DNA of 22,936 bases from Candidatus Thorarchaeota archaeon (GTDB taxonomy: Archaea > Asgardarchaeota > Thorarchaeia > Thorarchaeales > Thorarchaeaceae): positions 1-22,936 of the forward strand of contig JBHLRP010000053.1 in NCBI GenBank assembly GCA_048882485.1, written 5' to 3'. The notes under the pieces are model-generated. The model searched no databases. It was not told the DNA's origin and was given only the letters and a program-made list of their open reading frames with translations. The position numbers and the translations under genes were made by a program. Positions 8,894 to 16,023 of the stretch are shown one piece after another; within the stretch, counting starts at the first letter, position 1, and every line of letters starts with the position of its first letter.

Positions 8894-9787
8894 TCAATAC
8901 TGAGCGTAAGGCTTCATTCTTCTCTCAACCTGTTCGCGGGTCGGCATGTCATACGGACCGGCTGTTTCGACATTGAAGGAGGAACATGTGGCACCAAACA
9001 GACCCGCGCGCTTCACATCACCAGTTCTCATATATTCCAGGAGGAAGGAGATGACATATACATCCCCGCAACCCGTCGGGTCAGTCTGAGCATTGGCAAG
9101 CACAAGTGGAATGTCTTTCTGCGTGTTTCGAGTATAAACTGTAGATCCTCTACGGTCCCGTGTCACTAGGACCATACGCGGACCGATGTTGAGGAGCTCG
9201 GTCACTGCCGACAGCTCTGACTGAGAATCATACGCGAGTTGGAGTTCGGCCTCATCAAATTTCACAACATCCGCGAGTGCAAGAACCTGGTCTCTATCAG
9301 GCCAATCTCTCTCAATGATCTGTTCGTCTTCGATTCCTCTCAGAAAACCCTGACCATCAATAGAGAGCAGCGGGCCCCCTACTCGCACAGACTCAATGAC
9401 TGAATAGGGAATCTCGTTAGCTGTCAGCGGACTGAAGTGATAGATGCTTGCGCCTATGTGTTGAGGAAGAATGTCAGTAGGGCGTATCGGTGAACCTATA
9501 CTTTCAACCCTCTGCGTTCGGGTTCCCTCCTGATCATATTCATTGATGAACCTTGTACTCTTCTCCCCTCGTTTCTGGACTCCTGAGATGTTGATTCCAG
9601 CATCCTCAAGAGTGTTTAGGTAATCATCCTCGAAGTCCGCACCCACGCAACTTACAATTCCGGCGCCTAAAGCACCAATCTTGGGAGCGATCATGGCGTA
9701 TGCTGGGCCGCCCCCAATGGATTCAGTTCTACTCTCAGGAGTGATTATGAGGTCTCTGCTCAGGTGTCCAATCACCACAATCTCCAT
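8894..9787 (-). CDS. PfkB/ribokinase-family carbohydrate or nucleoside kinase
   Basis: N-terminal VIGHLSRD and GGGPAY; C-terminal PfkB signature DPTGCGD. Confidence 0.88.
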   Translation of the reverse strand: MEIVVIGHLSRDLIITPESRTESIGGGPAYAMIAPKIGALGAGIVSCVGADFEDDYLNTLEDAGINISGVQKRGEKSTRFINEYDQEGTRTQRVESIGSPIRPTDILPQHIGASIYHFSPLTANEIPYSVIESVRVGGPLLSIDGQGFLRGIEDEQIIERDWPDRDQVLALADVVKFDEAELQLAYDSQSELSAVTELLNIGPRMVLVTRDRRGSTVYTRNTQKDIPLVLANAQTDPTGCGDVYVISFLLEYMRTGDVKRAGLFGATCSSFNVETAGPYDMPTREQVERRMKPYAQY

Positions 9788-9920
9788 AGGCCTAACCTCT
9801 GTCGACGCCTTTTGTCACCTTAACGGATGCTAAAGCAATAGCACTGAAGCTAATAATTCCTATGCATCAGGAGCCATTCGCAGAACACTGAAAGCGTATG
9901 ATAATCCTCGTTCATAAGTG

Positions 9921-9928
9921 TTAAAATA
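9921..9928 (+). promoter_or_regulatory. Possible TATA box for the moaD-amidohydrolase-FeS-aor operon
   Basis: TTAAAATA ending 27 nt before TTG 9955, in a divergent intergenic region. Confidence 0.35.
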
Positions 9929-9954
9929 GCATGAGCCCACGTTGAGAAACTGAG

Positions 9955-10245
9955 TTGAAACGCTTGGCTGTAGTCACAGTGAAATTCTTTGCAACGGTGC
10001 GGGAGGCTGTCGGAACCAGAAGTACTGAGATTGAAGCTGATGACATCAAGGGCTTGCTTGAGAAACTCAAAGCATTATACGGAAAACGGTTCATTGAAAC
10101 AGTGATAGATGAGGAAACTGACAGGCTGAAAAGGTTCTATCAGTGCATGATCAATGGAACGCGTATCGAACGCCTTGATGGGTACGACACCTTGCTAAAA
10201 GACGGCGATGCAGTAGCTCTCTTCCCCCCAGTGGGAGGCGGCTAG
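9955..10245 (+). CDS. moaD: MoaD/ThiS/SAMP1-like ubiquitin-fold sulfur carrier
   Basis: VTVKFFATVRE N-terminus and LKDGDAVALFPPVGGG C-terminal di-glycine. Located at the head of an AOR operon. Start is TTG 9955 or 9964. Confidence 0.88.
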   Translation: MKRLAVVTVKFFATVREAVGTRSTEIEADDIKGLLEKLKALYGKRFIETVIDEETDRLKRFYQCMINGTRIERLDGYDTLLKDGDAVALFPPVGGG

Positions 10246-10278
10246 GCTATTCGATGACTGCAGAGGGGGCAATTTTGG

Positions 10279-11637
10279 ATGGTAGATCTTGTAGTTAAGA
10301 ATGCCAAGCTATTGCTCGAGTCAGGGCTGATTAGAGGCGGCCTTGGAATAGATGCTGGTCGAATCTGTAGTATTGCTACCGATGAGCATTTGCCTGATGC
10401 GTCTACTGTCATTGATGCAGAAGGAAAAATCGTTATTCCAGGACTAATAGATGGTCATGCGCATCTACATGATCCGACTATGCTGAATCACGAAGATTTC
10501 ACCACTGGTTCACGTGCAGCTGCGGCTGGGGGCGTCACAACCGTGATAGACATGCCATTGACCAATCAGGTTGATTCGCCCAAAGCCGTAGAAGAAAAGA
10601 TATCCCAAGGCCAATCAATGTCTTTAGTGGATTTCTCCTTCTATGCAGGCATGTTGAATTCTGATAATTACACCATAATTCCTGCTATGGTTGAAAAGGG
10701 GATTGCAGCTTTCAAGGCCTTCACCTGTGACCCATATCTAGTGAGTGATGGCGTATTAGTTCAGGCATTCAGTACCGCCTCGGAATGTGGGGCACATGTC
10801 ACTCTACACGCGGAGAACCAAGGTGTACTTGATGAATTTGGTCGAGACCTTGAGGGAGAATGGGATGCACCAATAAGCCATTCACTAGCCAGACCAAACT
10901 TGGCTGAACAGCTCGCTGTGAAGCAAGCCACCTCAATTGCAGAGTTGACAGGGGGCCATCTTCATGTTGCGCATATCACAACCAAAGAGGGCTTGAGAGA
11001 GGTCGAGCGGGCTAAGCTGAAGGGGACTATGGTCACCACTGAAGTATGCCCTCATCATTTGGTCTTTCAAAGAGATGAAATGAACCGACTTGGACCGAGG
11101 AGCAAGATGAACCCGCCGCTAAGAGCAGAAGTAGACAGGTCTGCGCTATGGTCAGCATTGCTTCGAGGAGCAATCGATATGACCGTCAGTGATCATGCAC
11201 CATGCCCCTTGGAGATGAAGGAAGCGGGAATGGAAGACATCCGTGAAGCTTGGTCAGGTGTTGATGGAGTCCAGATCATATTGAGAGTGCTGCTTTCAGA
11301 AGGCATCAACAAAGGAAGAATATCATTCACTCGACTATCGCAAGTTGCATGCAAAAATCCAGCCAAATTGTTTGGCCTCTATCCAAGAAAAGGCGTTTTG
11401 GCTGTTGGTGCTGATGCAGATTTCGTGATGATTGATCCGTGGCGAGAAGAGAAGCTGACAGATGATATGATGTTCTCGAAGTGTGGCTGGACACTATATG
11501 AAGGCAAGACAATGAAAGGAGTACCAACAATGACGGTTGTCCGCGGGACCCCAGTTTATGAGGAGGATAGGATGTTAGTCAAGCCGGGCCATGGAAGATT
11601 CCAAGCAATGACAGGGATGACACCAATGGAGAACTGA
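10279..11637 (+). CDS. Cyclic amidohydrolase (allantoinase/hydantoinase/dihydroorotase superfamily), most allantoinase-like
   Basis: PGLIDGHAHLHDP, AAAGGVTTVIDMP, AFKAF (carboxy-Lys), LHAEN, HVAH, EVCPHHL, KMNPPLR, SDHAPC, NPAKLFGLYPRKG, GADAD. Confidence 0.88.
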   Translation: MVDLVVKNAKLLLESGLIRGGLGIDAGRICSIATDEHLPDASTVIDAEGKIVIPGLIDGHAHLHDPTMLNHEDFTTGSRAAAAGGVTTVIDMPLTNQVDSPKAVEEKISQGQSMSLVDFSFYAGMLNSDNYTIIPAMVEKGIAAFKAFTCDPYLVSDGVLVQAFSTASECGAHVTLHAENQGVLDEFGRDLEGEWDAPISHSLARPNLAEQLAVKQATSIAELTGGHLHVAHITTKEGLREVERAKLKGTMVTTEVCPHHLVFQRDEMNRLGPRSKMNPPLRAEVDRSALWSALLRGAIDMTVSDHAPCPLEMKEAGMEDIREAWSGVDGVQIILRVLLSEGINKGRISFTRLSQVACKNPAKLFGLYPRKGVLAVGADADFVMIDPWREEKLTDDMMFSKCGWTLYEGKTMKGVPTMTVVRGTPVYEEDRMLVKPGHGRFQAMTGMTPMEN

Positions 11638-11640
11638 AGA

Positions 11641-12129
11641 ATGACCGAGTTAAAGTTTGTATTTGGGGACCCTGAAGTCTGCACAGGATGTATGATATGC
11701 GTCAATGTATGCAGCATGCGGTATTCCAAGGTAATTGGCCCTCGCTGGTCTCGGGTCAGAGCAGTAAGAATTGAGCCGGGACTTGATTTTCCTCTCTTCT
11801 GCAGAAATTGCGAAGACGCTCCATGCATGGCAGCTTGTCCAAACGAGGCGATAAGTCGCACCTCGAAGGGTGTCGTCATTGTGAACAACAAGAAATGTAC
11901 AGGCAGTGGTGAGTGCGTCAAGGCATGCCCCTATTATGCAATCAGATTACATCCTGATACCGGGAAGGCAATCAAATGCATCCAGTGCGATTCATGTGTC
12001 GATCGATGCCCGGTTAATGCAATCTGGATCACTACTGAGAGTGAATTGAACAAGAGGGACTCGGATGGTCGCCTATCAGCACTTTATAGTAAGTATGAGG
12101 ATGAGCTGTACAATAAGGAGGATATATGA
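11641..12129 (+). CDS. Fe-S electron-transfer subunit (DmsB/HydN-like) of AOR-family enzyme 2; group III has Cys>Ser
   Basis: CTGCMICVNVC, CRNCEDAPCMAACP, CTGSGECVKACP, KCIQCDSCVDRCP. ATGA overlap with the downstream AOR gene. Confidence 0.9.
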   Translation: MTELKFVFGDPEVCTGCMICVNVCSMRYSKVIGPRWSRVRAVRIEPGLDFPLFCRNCEDAPCMAACPNEAISRTSKGVVIVNNKKCTGSGECVKACPYYAIRLHPDTGKAIKCIQCDSCVDRCPVNAIWITTESELNKRDSDGRLSALYSKYEDELYNKEDI

Positions 12130-14009
12130 TGAAAGGAGTCGGAGGCAATAATCTCTGGATTGATCTGACCAAGGGCGAGATTGAGAAAAGACCGGTTGAA
12201 GAGGAAATGGTCAGGGAGTATCTCCTAGGAGCAGGCTATCTCTCACGAGTTCTATATGATAACATTCCTGTTGGAATTAATCCGCTGTCTCACGAGAATG
12301 TGCTTGGAATTGCCACAGGACTTCTCACGGGATCAATGTTTCCGCAGGCGTCACGTCATGTGGTTGCTGCACTATCACCTCTAACCGATGTCTGGGGAGA
12401 ATCTCATGCGGCGGGATTCTGGGGTGCCGAACTGAAATTTGCTGGTTATGATGCAATCATCTTCACTGGAGCATCATCAGACCCAGTATATCTCCATATC
12501 CAGAATGAAACCGTTGAACTTCTAGATGCGTCTGACATATGGGGTACATCAGTCTTTGAAACAGATGATTGGATTCGTGAAAAGCATAGCAAGAGAGCAA
12601 GAGTGCTGTCGATAGGACAGGCAGGAGAAAACAAGGTTCGATTCGCAGCTATAATGAATGATCGAGACCGTGCATCCGCGAGATCAGGACTCGGAGCAGT
12701 AATGGGTTCGAAAAGACTCAAAGCAATATCAGTGAGAGGGTCTGGAAAACTGGAGGTTGCAGACCCAAAGAATTACCTACCTCAGATGGACATCTTCTAT
12801 GAGAGGATGCTGGCAAATCCCTTCACAAAAGAACGAGCCAAGTATGGGACTACAAATCTGGTCGAGTTGATGAATCATATTGGTAGACTCCCAAGCTATA
12901 ACATGCGCCAAGGCGTCTTTGAGGGCTTTGAGAAGATCAGTGGGCACACAATCACAGAGAAGCATCTAGTGAAGCCAAGGTCTGACTGGAGTTGTCTGCA
13001 GAGATGTGGTAGATACACTAGGGTGAAAGAAGGGCCATACAAATACATTGGTGGGTCACCGGAATTCGAGTCACAGTCATCTCTCGGTTCCCGTTGTGGA
13101 AATGACAATCTAGAGTCGGTGCTCTACAGTCATCACTTGGCCAATATGTATGGGATGGATACGATTTCTCTTGGGGCCACCATATCTTGGGCAATGGAGG
13201 CGTGGGATGAAGGACTTCTGACTGCTGAAGACACAGGTGGTATCGATCTGAGTTGGGGTAATCATGAGACTGTTGTCAAGCTCACAAAGATGATTGCCCT
13301 ACGAGAAGGCTTTGGTGATGTCCTTGCGGAGGGCAGTGTACGGGCTGCAGATAAGATTGGTCGCGGAACAGAGAAGTTCGTCATGACAGTGAAAAAGCAA
13401 GAGATTGCAGGACAAGAACCACGGGCTCAGAAGTCAATGGGACTAGCTGCTGTCACTGCAGCAAGGGGTGCAGACCATCTCTACGCGTTCCCAGTTCTCG
13501 ACGAAGCGGGATTTGACAAGGAGATTAAGGAGCGATTTGGGGAACAGTATCTACCTGAAATGGCAGACCGACTCAATCCAAAATACAAGGGAATCATGGT
13601 CAAGGAATGTGAGGACTTCATGGTGATGGTCGAGAGCGTTGGTCTATGCAAGTATGGAACGCAGATTCCTCCTGAATTCTACTATAATGATGTTGCTCAG
13701 GCTCTAAAGATACACAATGGCATAGACCTAACAAGTAAGGAACTGCAGGTAATTGGAGAGCGCATTGTAAATCTCAATCGATTGTTCAATGTTGCTCGTG
13801 GTATCACTCGTCGTGATGATCAACTCCCTGATAGGCTGACGAAAGAAGGAGCGCCAAAGGGACCCTCACCAGGAGAGGTGGTCGAACTAGATCAAATGCT
13901 TGATGAGTACTATGAACAACGTGGATGGGACTTGGAAACAGGACTGCCCACAATGGAAACTTTGAAGCGACTTGGTCTTGAAAAGGAAGGAAAAGCGGTC
14001 ATCAAATAG
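12126..14009 (+). CDS. aor: Aldehyde:ferredoxin oxidoreductase family (tungstopterin) protein, paralog 2; first cluster Cys replaced by Asp
   Basis: SPLT, RSGLGAVMGSKRLKAI, YGT, DWSCLQRC, GSPEFES, YGMDTIS, ARGADHL, ESVGLCKYG, MLDEYYEQRGWD. Confidence 0.93.
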   Translation: MMKGVGGNNLWIDLTKGEIEKRPVEEEMVREYLLGAGYLSRVLYDNIPVGINPLSHENVLGIATGLLTGSMFPQASRHVVAALSPLTDVWGESHAAGFWGAELKFAGYDAIIFTGASSDPVYLHIQNETVELLDASDIWGTSVFETDDWIREKHSKRARVLSIGQAGENKVRFAAIMNDRDRASARSGLGAVMGSKRLKAISVRGSGKLEVADPKNYLPQMDIFYERMLANPFTKERAKYGTTNLVELMNHIGRLPSYNMRQGVFEGFEKISGHTITEKHLVKPRSDWSCLQRCGRYTRVKEGPYKYIGGSPEFESQSSLGSRCGNDNLESVLYSHHLANMYGMDTISLGATISWAMEAWDEGLLTAEDTGGIDLSWGNHETVVKLTKMIALREGFGDVLAEGSVRAADKIGRGTEKFVMTVKKQEIAGQEPRAQKSMGLAAVTAARGADHLYAFPVLDEAGFDKEIKERFGEQYLPEMADRLNPKYKGIMVKECEDFMVMVESVGLCKYGTQIPPEFYYNDVAQALKIHNGIDLTSKELQVIGERIVNLNRLFNVARGITRRDDQLPDRLTKEGAPKGPSPGEVVELDQMLDEYYEQRGWDLETGLPTMETLKRLGLEKEGKAVIK

Positions 14010-14021
14010 GAGAAGCAGACT

Positions 14022-14522
14022 ATGTCAATATTCCAGAATGAGATGGATATCACTGTCTATGAACACTTCAAGGAGAAGAGCTCGAGGCTAGTGTCACTTA
14101 TCCGCGAATTAGAGCAAGTCTTGGGCAAAGACAAGGCACATGAGATTGTGTCCAATTGGGCAGAGAAGAATGCAGTAAATGATGTGCGAAGCGTTGTTGA
14201 GTCCTTGGATAGGCCAATAAAATCGTTTGATGACGTAAAGGTGCTGCTTAGACATTGGGTGGATGCTCTCAACAAAGACAACATGGAAGTCGTCGAAATC
14301 ACTGAGGAAACCTCTACCAAGTCAATCTGTATTGTTTCAGAGTGTATCTACGCAAAGGTGTTCAATGATCTTGACGCGGCTGATATAGGATATTTGCTTC
14401 ATTGTAAGCAGGACTTTCCAGCAACACCAGCTATTCACCCAAATATGAGCTTGAGGCGGTCCAAGACGCTGATGGAAAAACACGACTGCTGTGACTTCGA
14501 GTACTACTGGGAGGACAAATAG
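14022..14522 (+). CDS. L-2-amino-thiazoline-4-carboxylate (ATC) hydrolase-family protein
   Basis: Signature EC.YA...DIGY.LHC..D...LRRSKTLM...CCDF. Lies 12 nt after the aor stop. Confidence 0.75.
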   Translation: MSIFQNEMDITVYEHFKEKSSRLVSLIRELEQVLGKDKAHEIVSNWAEKNAVNDVRSVVESLDRPIKSFDDVKVLLRHWVDALNKDNMEVVEITEETSTKSICIVSECIYAKVFNDLDAADIGYLLHCKQDFPATPAIHPNMSLRRSKTLMEKHDCCDFEYYWEDK

Positions 14523-14558
14523 AAGCCGCTCCACCTAATGCTTCCAAGAGACGCGATG

Positions 14559-14795
14559 TCAGTCCGATGCAGCACAGACGTTGGTTACTGTGTCCTTCAC
14601 TCCATCGACCTTTCGCAGCGTATCCACGACAAAGGAGCTCAATGACTCCGGAGTCTTGAAAGAACCTTTGATCAAGAGGTCATATGCACCATAGATCAGG
14701 TGGGCTTCTTCAACTTCTTCCAATTCTCTGACATGAACAAGCACATCACGAGCTTTTGCCGACTCGATTTTTGCCATGATAAAGGCTGTAATCAT
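14559..14795 (-). CDS. Stand-alone Lrp/AsnC ligand-binding (RAM) domain protein, 78 aa, no HTH
   Basis: MITAFIMAK...VEEAHLIYGAYDLLIK...LRKVDGVKDTVT. SD-like GGTGGGTGA just upstream of ATG 14795. The longer 126-aa ORF-track version overlaps the divergent promoter and gene. Confidence 0.85.
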   Translation of the reverse strand: MITAFIMAKIESAKARDVLVHVRELEEVEEAHLIYGAYDLLIKGSFKTPESLSSFVVDTLRKVDGVKDTVTNVCAASD

Positions 14796-14938
14796 TACTT
14801 TCACCCACCGAAAGACTACTTCTTTGTACATCCGCTGTGAGAGAATAAAACTGTTCCTTCTTAGCGGCAAATCCATCTCCTTAGCACTTATTAATTGGTC
14901 TTGAAAGCTTGGACGTGAACATGGGTGGCGAACTCTCA

Positions 14939-16021
14939 ATGGAGGATATGGTCAGTCCAAATGTTAGAGAGGGCTGGGCAGGCCCCGGACGAAAAGATGG
15001 TGTGATAACTCCTCTCAAGCCAGAGGATGATGCCTTGCATATTCAGCCTGGAAAGAGGAACCAGTTTGAGTGGTGGTATTTCGATGCCCATCTTGAAGGA
15101 GGATACACAGTCGTAGCCTTCTTCCATGCAGCAAATCCAAATCCGGGAATAGCAGGAAAAGCGGGAGTCGAATTGACACTGCTCAGACCGGATGGGAGAA
15201 AGACGCAGAGGTTCATTGAATACGATCGTTCAGAGTTTCAGGCATCTCGCGAGATACCGGATGTGAAAATCGGCAAGAACTACATGAAGGTTGATTACTC
15301 CCAAGGTGAGTTACCTGTCTATGAGATATTTCTGGATGAGGAGGAACTGGGATTTCATCTCACCTATCGTAGTCAAGTCCACGGCTGGAAGCCGGGAGAT
15401 GGCTATTCGCACTTTGACGGGAAGGGATATTTTGCATGGGTAGTTCCGTTTGCTCGAGCAGCTGTAGAAGGGACTGTTCGCGACGGCGACGAGTCGTTCT
15501 CCGTCACTGGCGTTGGCTATCATGATCATAATTGGTTGAATTTCGCATTCCAGAGAATCATAGAGTACTGGATGTGGGGCAGAGTCTATTCTGAAAACTT
15601 CACTCTCTCGTATGCTTACATCAAATGCAACAAGAGCGTGGATTATCACACAGTAAAAGTATTGATGCTAGCAAAGAACCAAGATGTCATTCTTAGCACA
15701 GGGGAATATGAGTTCATTCCCGAGACCTTCGAGTACGATAAGAGGGCAAATCATTACTACCCCAAGTCCTTGACTATAAGGAACCCTGAGTCTTTCGAAA
15801 CAGTGCTGACAGTTAAGAGAGTCTTGGAATCAGAGAACATGCTTGACAATTTTGGAGCACTTCTGCGGTTTGCTGCAAGTAGGATTCTGCGACTTCAACC
15901 CGGATACTTCAGACTCTTGTCTGATTTCGAACTCAAGGTGAATCATGATGGTACTAGCGTAAAAGAATCTGGAACTACACTACATGAGATTGTGGCCTTC
16001 AAACCAATACTGAAAGAGTAA
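14939..16021 (+). CDS. AttH/CrtC (hydroxyneurosporene synthase)-like double beta-barrel protein
   Basis: FEWWYFDAHL and GVGYHDHNW motifs, W.WGR, beta-rich and aromatic composition. Start is ATG 14939 (GGTGG SD) or 14921. TATA-like TTATTAA at 14888-14894. Confidence 0.65.
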   Translation: MEDMVSPNVREGWAGPGRKDGVITPLKPEDDALHIQPGKRNQFEWWYFDAHLEGGYTVVAFFHAANPNPGIAGKAGVELTLLRPDGRKTQRFIEYDRSEFQASREIPDVKIGKNYMKVDYSQGELPVYEIFLDEEELGFHLTYRSQVHGWKPGDGYSHFDGKGYFAWVVPFARAAVEGTVRDGDESFSVTGVGYHDHNWLNFAFQRIIEYWMWGRVYSENFTLSYAYIKCNKSVDYHTVKVLMLAKNQDVILSTGEYEFIPETFEYDKRANHYYPKSLTIRNPESFETVLTVKRVLESENMLDNFGALLRFAASRILRLQPGYFRLLSDFELKVNHDGTSVKESGTTLHEIVAFKPILKE

Positions 16022-16023
16022 AC

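Noticed and set aside
11635-11643. In-frame TGA-AGA-ATG junction between the amidohydrolase and FeS subunit 2 (possible selenocysteine read-through fusion)
   Set aside because: The TGA is at the natural C-terminus and not at a Cys-equivalent position. No SECIS was recognised, and an in-frame junction occurs one time in three by chance.
14007-14024. In-frame TAG between aor 2 and the ATC-hydrolase gene (possible pyrrolysine read-through)
   Set aside because: TAG terminates eight full-length genes in this window at normal C-termini, so it behaves as an ordinary stop. An SD-like AGGAGA precedes the next ATG.
14796-14939. N-terminal extension of the Lrp ORF to 126 aa
   Set aside because: It has no HTH character, overlaps the divergent promoter and gene, and a good SD precedes ATG 14795.
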